The notes: generated by a model not told the origin, from the letters alone. 64,000 nt of DNA from Tubulanus polymorphus (GCF_964204645.1 NC_134033.1:3120131-3184130), one strand, 5' to 3'; numbered from the stretch's first letter, positions 1-13,313 are shown. Translations and numbers: made by a program.

Positions 1-1102
1 TCTTGTGCATTCTAATGAGGACTGGTCCACTTCTTATATTTGACCGATGTATCCTCCAGCTAATGAATTATTGATACCCACTGGTCCACTTCTTATTCAT
101 TGTATTTGAAATGAACATGTTTCAGTTTGTAAGAATAGTACAGAGGTTGTGGTACGTATTATCATAGAACCACGCGTTTGTAGTTCAGTGGTATTTTGTA
201 GTCAGTGGTGCTCGTGTCCCATTATGACAAACTCAGCTCATATTGTGTCATGTTATTGTCCTCGGTCTTTGAAATCATGTAATACGTGTTCGATTTGAAT
301 TGAACCAGTTTTGAGGATTAATTCTTGACGCACGTTGAATTCACTATACACGCACATATATGTCCAGTCCTTACGTGAGGTTAGGTGAGTTGAATCTTAA
401 ACGGGATTTTGTAAATCTATAAGCTATAAGGGCTCGGGCTTCTTTACTTGAATATTGATTCATCAGTCAGAATTGAAACTGTAAAATATGAAATTGTTTT
501 CTTTTTCAGATCAGCCATTCCTCATTGAGGACCTCATTGCTTCCAATACCGCGGGGCTGACTAAAACAACGCTGTTTTCAAAATAATCTATGATTCTCCA
601 GAATTGAATTGGTGGTGAGTAGATTTGTAGGTTTTTTAATACTGGATATAACGGATTGTATGGAGTCAAATTAAAAAACATAACGGTGATCATTACGTTT
701 TTTTCAGAGGAGCTCTACTTCCTCTGTCAATGCGTGCTGGACTTAATCAACTAATACACAGTGGACTTCAGGCCTTCCTCGCTTACTCGGGACCTGTTTG
801 CTGTCAATACCTGCTGCGGACTAAATCAACAAATGCATAATTGGAATTCAGACATTCCTCGATTACTCCAGACCCGATTGCTGTCTGCGTGCTGGACTTT
901 ACCAACCTGGACCAACAGACCAGTAGAATGTTGTAGCCTGCTTGGATGTCATATCTTCTAAGAAACAAACAGATAACTGATCGAAGTAATCCATGAATTG
1001 GTGAGTAGAATTTCTAATAGTTTTTCGTATAGGAAACTTAGGTTAGGTCGAGTTTAAGCCTATCTATCAAACAGATTGGTCCTCGTTACAGCAATTTCAG
1101 AT

Positions 1103-1296
1103 ACATTAGACTCCTAAAATTCCTCTTAACTCGAATTAATTTCTGACCAGTGATTAATGTTTGAGGTGTTAGAAAAACCTGATTGATATTCTTGATATTC
1201 TTTTGTTGTAATGGTTCTAAATTATGTGTATTAAAGTTTGAAATGATAATTCCACTTGCCGGTTTTGACAAATTTGAGTTAAGAGGAGTCCTATGT
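1103..1296. mobile_element. small MITE-like element with imperfect terminal inverted repeats
   Basis: Left ACATTAGACTCCT..CTCTTAACTCGAATT is the imperfect reverse complement of right AATTTGAGTTAAGAGGAGTCCTATGT. Confidence 0.5.
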
Positions 1297-1604
1297 GAAA
1301 CAATTTATCAGATAAAGCAATCTTGAAATTTATTCCATAAAACTGGATAATGAAATATTACTTGTAAAACCGACTTGTAACCGGTTCAATCGTCCGAGAC
1401 ATTTATACAGCACCTGAGAGTAGTCGAGCTATAGGCTTGGGAAGGTGGTCGCATTTATCAAACATATATCGCAATTTTGTTCTAAATCATTGATTCAAAT
1501 TAGTTTTGATCGTCTGCTTGCCTGGAGTTAAGAATGGAATCTCTGATCAGTCAAGGACGATTAATCCGGTTATAACGAGTAGATTTAATAGTCATATGAA
1601 TTTC

Positions 1605-3969
1605 GGGTTTGACTATTTCACGGAATGGCTTCGTATTGTAATAATGCGTATAAATATGTAAGTTTCCGGGTCTGGGGATCGCGGTTACTACGAAGAGTGG
1701 TTCTGAAAAATGCAACAGATGTCGCCTTCGCTTAATTTACACTTGTCGTATAGTTTTCTCAGGAGACCGAGGAGGTTAGCTCGTTGGGCACAGGACGGCG
1801 CTCCGGCCCACCGGCGAATTCATGACAGAAATAGACTTTTTTACTAAAATGGTTATTTCAATTTCCGACCAACAGATGATCCCCTCGTTTACCATACCTA
1901 ACACCTTGCCACTACACACTCAACCTCGCTTAAGTCATTATCAGATAAGTCATCACACTACATCAGTATTTGTATTTCCAATTCTCTGGAGTAATTTGTA
2001 ATACGTTCTTTCGGTAAGTCATCATCTTAACGATTCTCCCAACTAAAGAGGACTTAAGCGATGTTGACTTTACTTTCTCCGAGCCGAATGAATGAAGACA
2101 TAGCTATTTTGTGATGGCCCTTTCTGGTCTCCAGCGACGAATCGGCTTCTGCAAGTAAATAAAGCTAGTGAGAGTATTCTTAGAAAAAATGATGGCAGAT
2201 TTTGAATAAAATTACCGTGGTAAACCATTGTGGAAACCACTTGGCTTGGTCCTAAGTTGTTACAGCCTGCGAGCTCTGTGACTGCACCCTCACTTATTGA
2301 TGTTAACTCGGCATTCTTTATTTCATTGTTATCTTTAAGTGACAAATAAATCATATCATGTTATTATGTTCTGTTTTAAGTTCGTAATTTTGGTTGAATC
2401 TGCGACAAGTGTAAATTACTTATTCTCTTATTGTTCTTGCTCAGTCACACGTATAAAAACAGTAAAATACATTGAAGTGAAGCTGAAAATGACCTGATGC
2501 AATTGATACGAAGTTTTTTCGAGTTGTTCCTTGAGTGAACACGAAATAGTCGGAGTCTCCCTCCACCGGCGCGAACACGTCTCCCTCCATCGCCTTCCAC
2601 TATCTAGGCCGTTTCGTGATGCAGTTCCACACATTTGGGGACGGCGTTCTGCTTAGGGTTAGGTTTAGAGATTAAGACACTGTTAAAACGAATTTGAGTT
2701 AGAAATACACGTTGAAAAGGTATCACTGACGTGTCTAAAGCCTAACAACCACAACCACCTTTTCATAAATATGCCCTGCATATTTTTAAAATGTTGATGC
2801 TATTTGTTTTGTAGGGTGTCGTAGTATAAGTGAATAACGCTGTGAGGAGGTGGAATACCTGAAGATATGCGAGGTGTAAATACTGAAATTCATTGCGTGT
2901 GTGTTCAATGAAAATAAAGTGTTTGAAATAAAGGATTCGATTTCTGCAATTTAGGTCGGGTTTAAGAACTTTTCATAGAAATACCGAAATAACGGGTTTC
3001 GTCAACACACCAAACACTCGAAGTTCAAGAGAATTCGAAATGGTTATAGATAAATGCATTATTTCGAAAGTTTCTATCTTGGTTTTGACTATTTCAAATC
3101 GCTAAACACTTCACTTACCTAGAGGAACGCGACATTGTCAAATGTATCATTATCGGAACCTTGAACCAGCAGCGGAGAGAAGTCCTTATACAGCACCAGC
3201 GGATGAGCAAAGCGTCGTTACACCATCCAAACTCTACCGGGTGGTTCAACAGATGTCATTTTTTGGATATATTCATAACCGAAGATAATAAACTGATTAT
3301 AAAACTTTTTATTCAACTAAGCCAGGTATACACTCAAAGATCAGCTTCACTATTTCGATGTATTGTATTTCGTTTATTGGTTTTATACGTTTGACTGAGC
3401 AAGAATTATTAAAATAAAGGAGACTCGTAATTTACACTTGTTGCAGATTTAAATAAAATGACCAATTTGAAACCTTGATTCCTACATGACTTTTATTCAA
3501 AATTGTACAAAGTTTATTCGAATGTAAAAACGGTTTCTGGGACAAAATCATTTCCGATGAGGCTCTGCTCGCTAAAGTTGATGACATCTCCATTCATCAG
3601 CCAGATACCACTTATAGGCACATTATTTCAACTTTTAAATCAATCTCTACAGTAATTAATTCAGTTAATAGGGAAATTAGTGGCACGAGCTTGAGGATCT
3701 GTGAGCGAAGTTGACCGCTGACAGGACGCAAAGCGCAATAACCATCTCAGTGAAAGTCAGTTTCTAACCTCCATCAGTCTGTGGGCCGGAGCGCCGTCCT
3801 GTGCCCACCGAGCTAATCTCGTGAGTCTCCTGAGAAAACTCTACGACAAGTGTAAATTAGCGAAGGCGACATCTGTTGCGTTGTTTAGAACCACAATCTC
3901 CGGAACCGGTGACTTACACATTTATAACATTAATACAATAAGAAGCCATTCCGTGAAATAGTCAAACCC
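1605..3969. mobile_element. ~2.4 kb non-autonomous foldback/TIR DNA element
   Basis: 1605-1811 and 3781-3969 are ~200-bp inverted repeats (GGGTTTGACTATTTCACGGAATGGCTT...GGACGGCGCTCCGGCCCAC). A second inner inverted pair lies at ~2397-2418 / ~3428-3450. No transposase ORF or clear TSD seen. Confidence 0.65.
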
Positions 3970-5014
3970 ACACTTCATTCAAATATATATATATATTGGC
4001 AACCTTTCACAAACCTTTACTCGACTCCTCGGTGCCCGTTATAGTCTAGCCAACCTTCCTATACTGCCGAATTGCCCGTATCAACTCTGGACCAGGTCAA
4101 ATGTGTTTAGAATTGGTTTTATATTTTGCACTTAAAGCCAATTTAAAAGTTTGAACGGACACTTCAGTTTCAGTAAATCCCTGCAAAAGTTTTGTGTTAT
4201 TGAGTGTCAGGTGACAAAGCCACAATTTTAGTTATTTCTCAATAATTTTCATATTTGTCTCGCGTCTAAATACAGAATCTAGAATGGTTTGAGTGTCAGA
4301 CGATTAAAGCGGTTACAACATATACGATGTGGATTGTATGACCCAATATGCAATGAAACAAATGTTTTCGATTGTTTATATCTGATAAATCGTTAGATTA
4401 CTCGTTACTCGAATCTCTTACTCGAAGTCGAATAAGCATTGAAACTCCGAAAACAAATATTGGAATACTTGCATTCGATGCTGGCAATCAGATTTCCGTT
4501 GTTTAATTGGAATTCAAACACAAATCACTGATATCACAATCGATTCGAGTTAAGATTGAGTCCACTGTATTTCAGTTTGCTATAACGAGGGTCCGTCATT
4601 TCTTCGACTAAGCTTAAACCTAACCTAACCTTAATTTCCTAAACAGAAATAATTCAAAATTTCTACTCTACCGTTGGGTTCGAATCCCGAAACGAATGGT
4701 TCGCCGCGTTGATACGGGGATAAACATGCTGGACCCAGTGGCACAGTTGTGAGTTAAAGCTAAATCCGAGATAAATACAAATTACACGAATTAATGAGTA
4801 ATTCGGTGGATTTTACCGGATTTGCCAGACGCAATAGAAAAGAAATTCTGCAGTTTGCTGATGTAATTAAGCCACTTTTCGTCAACCAAATGTATCTCGA
4901 CAAAATACAGCATCATGAAATCAGTTGCATGAATCAAATTTGAAATCGATGGTTACATTTACATGTAACATGGTTACACGTAGTTACATGTTAGAATGTT
5001 TTCCAATCACAATC

Positions 5015-5300
5015 GGGCGGACCGGATGGCTTAGTCGGTCGGCGACTAGCGTGTCACCGCTGTGGCCCGGGTTCGAGTCTCGGAGGAGGCGGGTCAGGAT
5101 GTGGCAAATGATCTCCGGTAAGCGGGCGAGTCGAGAGTACTGTCCTCCCTGGAATGAGGTTGCTAATGCGTGAGTCCTACAAAATAACTGGTGTGGGGTA
5201 AATTATGTTTAATTCAGTCGTTTCTGGCTGAATTATTTATTTATCCCACAATACCGGTCCAGGCTGCGGAGTAATTCCCCCAGGGACCTTCGACTTTTTT
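5015..5300 (+). mobile_element. tRNA-derived SINE
   Basis: tRNA-like head with A box TGGCTTAGTCGG and B box GGTTCGAGTCT (GTC anticodon-like loop, Asp-like), a non-tRNA body, and an oligo-T end at ~5295-5300. Confidence 0.6.
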
Positions 5301-6659
5301 ACAATATTAGTTTGTTATTTTAAGTTTAGTGGTGAGGGTTTGGGAAATTTTTTTATATTTATTCAATTCCTCGAACTGAAGAAATCCAAGCGACTATTCG
5401 GTACAAGCAGCGCACGCGGTGATCAATCACAGTTCTTTCTCAACTGATGATAAAACTTTGATAATTTTTTTAACTTCACCAGATTTCGGTTAAAGAAGAT
5501 GTGTACGCGGCGATGTCTGGTGAACTTGTGTATAAATTCGGATTCAAAACGACTCTATCCAATAGAGAATCACTCACTGGAGACCTGCCATACGCTCTAC
5601 TACACAATAGTGCCGCGTCACTGCACAAACCCTTAAGCAAACTTCGATATCCTAAAGCAAAACTCGAAAATAGTAAAATTGAGCCGGTATTATAGTTCAA
5701 AACCAGACGTAAATAGAAGGGAAATCTACACTAAAGTTTGTTGGATAGTTTAGATAAAATTTCAGCTTACAATTTTAGGCAAAAATCGAAGCATTCGATA
5801 TTTCTATCTTAAACAATATGTGCCTCTATGAATAGTCGAATTAAACTCGATGACCTGTAGGCCCCATTGAAAATGTTTGGCACGAATTGAATAGTTCTTT
5901 CGGATTAGCGTCACGGACTCGGGTCTGTCACAGGAATGCGCGATCGAGCTTTCTGATTGATCCATTCCGGTCGCATCGATTATGCACCGTCGTTGATTGG
6001 TTGACGTAGGTATTAGAAGCGCGGTTCGAGCCGCCCGGTGCCAGTCCGAGAACCGATGTCCAGTGATGAAGGTCGACCTATAAGAGCTCTGCAACAAGGC
6101 GTGAAGAACGTGTGGCTTCAAGCAAACAACCTACTGATAAGCGGCTGATGATGTTAGGAGAGACTGGAACGTGAAGGAATTTGTGACGCCTTGCGATTGA
6201 GAACGCAAGATGAGACTGGCGGCTGTTGATGCTGATGATTGCGGTGGAGATCCCGATACTGCTGCTGCTGCTGTTGATGTCTGATTTCAACTACAAACAG
6301 ATTACGGCTAATTTGCTGATGAAGACTAGTTGCTGTTGTCGCTGATTTCCGATGTTCTATTTCGCGCACATTCATACATTATGAATATTGTGTCTTTTTA
6401 GGGTTAAACCGAAACCAGTTCGCTACTACTGACAACTACATGTACACAACTCGTTTGTCGCAACGTCCTAACTAGTCTGCTGCTGCTGCTGCATTGGGAA
6501 CCGCATCAACCCACATTTTGCTGTTTCGGTATCTTTACATTAAGATAAGGTAATTATATTAAACTACACCCATCCTTACATTTTGCATATTCAATCTTCT
6601 TCAATAGCTTGACGATTATCCGATTTGTTTTTCAGCCGGCTATATTTGAGTTACAGCAA

Positions 6660-6988
6660 CATCTTCAAATCTCGAGACGCAGACTCAACTCCGACTAAAG
6701 CACCATCTCCAAACCTCGAGATGCAGACTCCACTCCATCTCCAAACCTCGAGACGCAGACTCTACTCCGACTAAGGCACCATCTCCAAACCTCGAGACGC
6801 AGACTCTACTCCGACTAAAGCACCATCTCCAAACCTCGAGACGCAGACTCTACTCAGACTACAGAACCATCTCCAAACCTCGAGACGCAGACTCTACTCG
6901 GACTACAGAACCATCTCCAAACCTCGAGACGCAGACTCTACTCCGACTAAAGCACCATCTCCAAACCTCGAGACGCAGACTCTACTCC
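6660..6988. repeat. 44-bp minisatellite, ~7 copies
   Basis: Unit AACCTCGAGACGCAGACTCTACTCCGACTAAAGCACCATCTCCA repeated in tandem. Confidence 0.9.
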
Positions 6989-7270
6989 GTCATTATTTCG
7001 TTTTGCCGCATGTTATAAAGTAACGTAAATAAATAAACGTCCATATACATAAAATGCTCGTCTTACTAAAAATCTCTGTCTCGGGCTCCGGAAAGAACTC
7101 TTCCGCTTACAACTTCTCACACAATCAAGGAAAGGACAAAGTCAAATAGGAAAGGACAAACGCAAAGTACAAATCAAAGAATTTATTCCAAATTCAAAGT
7201 AGGAATTTCTTACAGCTTGTTTGCAAAAGTAAAATTCAACATTTTATTGAAACATCAATATTTAATATCA

Positions 7271-7342
7271 ACTAAAATGGGATTTGAACCACCGATGATT
7301 CGACTAAGCAGTCCAGCACCCTACCTACTACGCTATAGGGAC
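7271..7342 (-). pseudogene. degenerate tRNA-like / SINE head
   Basis: Minus strand has A box TAGCGTAGTAGG and B box GGTTCAAATCC, but the stems do not form a full cloverleaf. Confidence 0.35.
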
Positions 7343-7467
7343 GTACTGACAGCACACAGAGAAACTCATATTTATCCATTGCTTAAGCAAATTTTATCAA
7401 AAAAATAATGCCATCTACCGGGCGAGACAGGAACTAGTTCCCATTTCAACCCGGTAGATGGTAATAG

Positions 7468-8240
7468 AGAATGAGACAAGAAGAGTAAGAGATGAGAGTG
7501 AAACAGAGTGAGGAGAGAATGAGAAAGAGACAGAGTGAGGAGAGATGAGAATGAGACAGAGTGAGGAGAGAGTGAGGAGAGATGAGAGTGAAACAGAGTG
7601 AGGAGAGAGTGAGAATGAGACAGAGTGAGGAGAGATGAGAGTGAAACAGAGTGAGGAGAGATGAGAGTGAAACAGAGTGAAGAGAGAGTGAGAATGAGAC
7701 AGAGTGAGGAGAGAGTGAGAATGAGACAGAGTGAGGAGAGATGAGAGTGAAACAGAGTGAGGAGAGAGTGAGAATGAGACAGAATGAGGAGAGATGAGAG
7801 TGAAACAGAGTGAGGAGAGAGTGAGAATGAGACAGAGTGAGGAGAGATGAGAGTGAAACAGAGTGAGGAGAGAATGAGAAAGAGACAGAGTGAGGAGAGA
7901 TGAGAGTGAAACAGAGTGAGGAGAGAGTGAGAATGAGACAGAGTGAGGAGAGAGTGAGGAGAGATGAGAGTGAAACAGAGTGAGGAGAGAGTGAGAATGA
8001 GACAGAGTGAGGAGAGATGAGAGTGAAACAGAGTGAGGAGAGAGTGAGAATGAGACAGAGTGAGGAGAGATGAGAGTGAAACAGAGTGAGGAGAGAGTGA
8101 GAATGAGACAGAATGAGGAGAGATGAGAGTGAAACAGAGTGAGGAGAGAGTGAGAATGAGACAGAGTGAGGAGAGATGAGAGTGAAACAGAGTGAGGAGA
8201 GAGTGAGAATGAGAGAGGATAGAAAGAGATAGAGAGGATA
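7468..8240. repeat. purine-rich GA/GAGT compound minisatellite
   Basis: Variants of ACAGAGTGAGGAGAGATGAGAGTGAA / ACAGAGTGAGGAGAGAGTGAGAATGAG; explains the two long low-complexity minus-strand ORFs. Confidence 0.95.
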
Positions 8241-8472
8241 GGATGGCATATCACCTGAACTTATGTTCCTCTTGTTTTCTATCTAGAATGCCGTTTACAG
8301 TTTCTAGTTCAAACAGATATTTATCCCATCAGCAGTAATGTCATTATTTTGTCCTCGTGGACATAAAGTTCACTATAACTGAAGTCAAGTTCTCCCAATA
8401 TGAGTTCGTTTGTTTGTTTATACTGTCGCTGAGTTTGAACACTGCCCACACCATCTGATGTAGTCCTGATCA

Positions 8473-9330
8473 TAGTTCCACCATATTGATGACAAACATC
8501 CTAAAAATATACATGAAACTTAATAGCTTTAAGGCCATCAATCAAACATACAGAGTTAGAGTTAAGTCTAGTTACCAGTGTATCAGAGAAATGGCAATCT
8601 AAGGTACCCCCAAAATGAGGGTCAGGGGTCAAATATTTTTTGTCTCCGATTTCGATGAAATTCAGTATATACATGTATTCTGGGGTGCTGATTACAAATC
8701 TGAAAGAATTTTTCGGATCCGAGGCCCCAAAAATGAGAAATTCTAATTTTTGGGGGACCCCTAAATTGTCAAAAGGCCTTGGACCCCAGAATTTTCGAGA
8801 TATTCAAAATCTGATTGCAGATTTGGATTCAGCGCCCCTGAAAATAGTAAGGACTAAAATTTTAAGCAAATCGAAGAGATTCGATTTTTTGGCCAAAATC
8901 GGCAAAAATCAAAGAAGTTTTTTTTCGGCGAAAAATTTTTTTTCTCTGACTCCTTGTAAACTTGGTAGGAAGATGTATTCTGTGGTGTAGATTCCGGATA
9001 TGCAATCAGATTTTGAATCGGAATTCATCTTCATTGGCAAATAAGGGTTTTAATGCCCAAAATATGCACCCCAAAAATGGGGTACAAAATCAAAATATTT
9101 TTTTGCCCCAATTTTAATAAAATTTGGTACAGAAATGTTTTTTGGTGTGCTGATCACGAATATGAAGTTAGTTTTTGGATCTGAGGCCTCTAAAATGAGA
9201 TATTCAGGATTTTGTGTTTTGACCCTTATTTTCGTCACAAATTTTGATGAAATTTGGTCCAAAAATACAATTTTATCTATTGAGCCAAGTATTCAATTAA
9301 TTTTTAAGGCAGAAATTGATACTCTCACTA
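8473..9330. mobile_element. interspersed repeat with internal sub-repeats; partial second copy at 12797-13313
   Basis: Recurrent motif TGTATTCTGGGGTGCTGATxACAAATCTGA in both orientations; 8473-9000 aligns with 12797-13313, including ~100 bp of shared flank. Confidence 0.7.
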
Positions 9331-9599
9331 AAACCCTGAATTATAATTCCTGCCACACAATTACAGGCTGCTATAAATAACTCCATTGACAATTCTTATG
9401 ACACTCAGTAAACACTATGTTTACAGATAAACTGCTCTCTCATAATTGTTTTTGAAACATAAAAGAAATTCTACTCACACAAGTCTCTCCTCCCTTGTCT
9501 AGCAGTAATAATAGTCCACTGAGTTCCACAATTCCACATACAGAGTTCCACACCTTCAGGAGTCAACCACTGATTTTTTACGAGTATCAATCCACTTTT

Positions 9600-9752
9600 A
9601 GTCCAGTTAGTCCACATGTAGTTCGGTAAGTTCACATGTAGTCCAGTTAGTTCACTAGTAGTCCGGTTAGTGCACATGTAGTTCACATGTAGTCCGGTAA
9701 GTTCACATATAGTCCGGTTAGTTCACTAGTAGTCCGGTAAGTTCACTAGTCC
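9600..9752. repeat. 20-bp tandem repeat
   Basis: GTAGTCCGGTAAGTTCACAT-like units. Confidence 0.85.
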
Positions 9753-10524
9753 GGAAGAAGTTGACTGAAGAAGTAAAACTGATGAATTTCAGTCGAAGTC
9801 CACATCCAGTATTTGTGATGAAGTTTACCAACGATAGTCGAGAGAGGAAAACCTGAAATATGAAATTGAAACAGTCTCTAGAGAAACACATTAACAAACT
9901 CAAACTCAAACTCTCAGACATACTAGTAAAGGCTTATGCAAAAGTTTTCACAACTTTACTGGATTAACAGATTGTTTTTACGTAACTGATATACTCGGCC
10001 ACTGTGGGAGTAAGATGGTGAAACTGGTTGAGTCAGCTGGTGATGGTAACCTGCTGAACATGTGGAAAAGAGGAGGAATTAACAGGAATTGTAACAACAG
10101 CTCATCAAGATTTGTGAAACTATCACCTGCACCATGTCGTGCATGCGGCGCCGCCTGGCTAGTGAAAGTGGTTATTGACACTGAGTGCCGAGGTCCCTGT
10201 GTCTGTGAGGTCCCCCTGTGTGTCCCTGAGGACATGAAATCTTGTGAATTCTTATTCTTACGTATGTCTTACTTTAAACGGCCAAGTGAAAGTGACCACA
10301 GCCACAGCAAGGTTACCGTTAAACACTGACTCCAGGTCCCTGTTGTGGTGGACGTGTCTGTAAAGTCCGTGTGTCTGTGAGGGCACGAAATCTCATGAAT
10401 TCTTATCTTTTAAACCAATATCAAAGTTCGTACGTTGGGAATCATTGTGGCTTTAAAGTCTTTATCAATTGAGAGACTTAGTTTCATTGTAAATAAAGAA
10501 TTAGAGATTGAATTGAGCGCGCTC

Positions 10525-11197
10525 CACAGTGCACGATTTCCATATCGACCGTCTAGTGCTGCCCCTACATATAACGATAGCGGGGAAAACGTGAACTAAC
10601 TTAATACTCGCTTGCCAGAGTCTTCGGACGGCCGTAGTGGACGAACTAATTACCGATTTGCGGGCCGGATTCCGAGGGAATTCTCCAAATCTTACAACTG
10701 CTCTGAAACGTTTGAACCAAACAATTATTCTATAAGAGAATTAACCTTAAAAGAGTAAATTGAATCGGGATATTTTTAGTATCGTCTGGCAGAGAGCGAC
10801 AGGTGTTTGAATGTTCCCTGATTATTTGCGCGCAATTAAAATATATCGAAGAAAAAATATGGAAATTTTGTCAATTCAGATGATAAATTATCATTCAAAA
10901 ATATAACTGAATAACTTATTCTGAATATAAATACTAATTAATTGATAAGAAAGTGAATTTTAGCTATCAAAATTGAATATCGTTCCCTAAAAAATAAGAA
11001 AATTTCATTAAAAAGTTATAAAGTATTCATAGTATCATATTTAATCAGAATTAGGCACCACACTGGTCCGTATTGTACGTAATTGGGAAATTCATATTCC
11101 GGCGGCGCTATTTTAGTTCACAGAAATTCCGCTGTCGTTATTCATAGGGGCAGCACTGTACGGTTGATATCTAACCCAGCCTCGCAATCTTACTGTG
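10525..11197. mobile_element. non-autonomous TIR element with CACAGT termini (Transib/Chapaev-like ends)
   Basis: Left CACAGTG..ATATCGACCGTCTAGTGCTGCCCCTA..TAACGATAGCGG..GTGAACTAA mirrors right TTAGTTCAC..CCGCTGTCGTTA..TAGGGGCAGCACTGTACGGTTGATAT..ACTGTG. No TSD found. Confidence 0.55.
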
Positions 11198-11781
11198 GCA
11201 TGCAAGTAAAACAGATATTTTTTTAGCCGAATTTCGTTCATTATTCACCACGATTCCGTTTTCTATGAATAATTCAATTAATTTTTAAGCTTTTGGAAAG
11301 GGGATCTTCTTTTTAAAACGATTTTCAAGCCATTTTTGATAGAACTCTTCTGTCAACGGAATCTAATTGCATAAAGCGGTAAAGAGGTAGACTCACATGC
11401 CACAGACAGAATCTAAAGCAAATTAAATTTTATTCTCCAAAAAAGTGCATTCATCCAACGCTATCATCAAAGTTGCAGCACGTGAACCATTAAACCTCCT
11501 ATTAAGGTCGACCCTTCTTGGTCAGGGTTAAAATCAAACTCTCCCAACCACAAATTGGTGCAAACAACTGGAAAAACTTCAGTTGAACATCGTTAATACG
11601 ACAAATCTGTGTAAAGACGAAACCAGTTTGATTCAACAATTGTATCCCACAAGATTCATATCAACGAGATTCCACTTAAACTAGAACAGAAAATCAGTTA
11701 CAACCACCACAAAATTAGTGAATAATCAATTTATTGTGAAATTTATTTCTTTCAGTGAAAAATGTGCATCAGAGTTAAATA

Positions 11782-12393
11782 TCAAATAAAAGTCTTGCAT
11801 AAAGCGAACATGTGATCAACTCCGCAAAGAACTGACTGAACTTACCCAGGAATCGAAACCTGAAATCATATTTACAATATCAGACATCAGATTTATGATG
11901 CATCAGTATCACACATGTTGTTTCTGGTGCGCTATGTTATTACAGTACAGTAGAGTCTGCTCCTAACTTGAATCAATGTGATACCAGTGATACCCCATTG
12001 ACTGATGATTCAAGTTCTGTGGTCGAGAATTAAAACCTAGCAATCTAACTCGGAAATGTCTAAAAACTCCTGGACTTTTGTCGAATTCAGACGGAAATGA
12101 AATCATTTTCTGACTTTCTAATGGAATTTTCTGATCCTCAACTCAGATTTTTGCTTAGCAAGTATAAATTTTGCAAGTCTCCGCTTCAGTAAGACAAGGT
12201 TTACTGTTTTTGAGTTAAAAGCCGACATTTCTTTGTAGAAATAAACCAAAAATTTTGAGTGACTGGTGCTTTAGGAGTGTTTTAAATCTAGAGAAATTGA
12301 GACTTACCTTAAACGGAAAGAATTGATCGTCCATGTTTCCGAAACCTAAGGAGCCATGTTTATTTCTACCCCACACGTACAGATCATTGTTAT
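11782..12393 (-). pseudogene. RCC1L: last two exons of RCC1-like (WBSCR16) gene, with premature stop
   Basis: Exon 12393-12308 (NNDLYVWGRNKHGSLGFGNMDDQFFPFK, ag/GTAAGT) and exon 11859-11782 (VSIPG*VQSVLCGVDHMFALCKTFI*) resemble the RCC1L C-terminus as recalled (..VWGKN..CLGIG..DQYFP.. CGVDHM..KSFI). In-frame TAA at 11844-11842; no upstream exons found. Confidence 0.75.
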
Positions 12394-12796
12394 CTACAAT
12401 ATAATAACATTGTAAACAATGTAACATCATTCTAGATGCTAGGCTAGGGATTGATAGAGAGAGGGAGCAGGGCCAGGGAGTTTCACACAGTAACTAGGCT
12501 TAAGAATAGAAATCCGATTCCCTTTGTACTAGCATGTCTCCAGCCTCGATTGCCTACGTACCTATTGATAACTATTAAAATGAGACATCAATTTCTAGCA
12601 TTTCTTCCAAATCACAACTCTACTTGGTTCATCTTGGTTTATCTGGGTTCGTCCTGGTTCATCCTGGTTTATTGGGGTTCGTCCTGGTTCATCTTGGTCC
12701 ATCTGCTCCACTGCATCAATGTCTGTATAATGTTCAAATCAATTCTCTACTGATTGTAGGTAAAGGGGGAATCGTCACCACCATAACAACCGTCAA

Positions 12797-13313
12797 TAGT
12801 TCCGCCATATTGATGACAAACATCCTAAAAATATACATGAAACTTAATAAATTTGAGTTATGTTAGAGTTAAGTCTAGTTACTGGTGTATCATAGAAATG
12901 GCAATCTAAGGTACCCCCCAAAACGAGGGTTAGGGGTCAAATATTTTTTGTCTCCAATTTCGGAGAAATTTAGTATAGACATGTATTCTGGGGTGCTGAT
13001 CACAAATCTGAAAGAATTCTTAGGATCCGAGGCCTCAAAAATGAGAAATTCGAATTCTTAGGGGTAAATTTTAAAAAGGCCCTGGACCCCAGGGTTTTTG
13101 AGATATTTGAAATCTGATTGCAGATTTGGAATCAGCACCCCCGAAAATATTTAGGACTTAAATTTCAAGCAAATCGAACAGATTCGATTTTTTGGCTAAA
13201 AACGGCAAAAATCTAAGGTGTAAGTCCAGGAGTTTTTTTTCGGCGAAAAAAATTTTTCTCTGATTCCTTCTAAACTTGGTAGGAAGATGTATTCCGAGGT
13301 GTAGATTCCGGAT
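12797..13313. mobile_element. second, truncated copy of the 8.5-9.3 kb repeat with shared flank
   Basis: Colinear similarity with 8473-9000. Confidence 0.7.

Noticed and set aside
5804-6375. Overlapping minus-strand ORFs with poly-Q/poly-S
   Set aside because: Low-complexity CAG-rich sequence with interrupting stops, no recognisable domain and no splice framework.
7415-8254. 279-aa and 267-aa Ser/Leu/His ORFs
   Set aside because: Translations of a GA-rich minisatellite that happens to lack stops.
10525-10570. CACAGTG as a V(D)J-like recombination signal
   Set aside because: Only the heptamer matches; no nonamer at 12/23 spacing and no RAG/Transib ORF. Treated as a TIR end.
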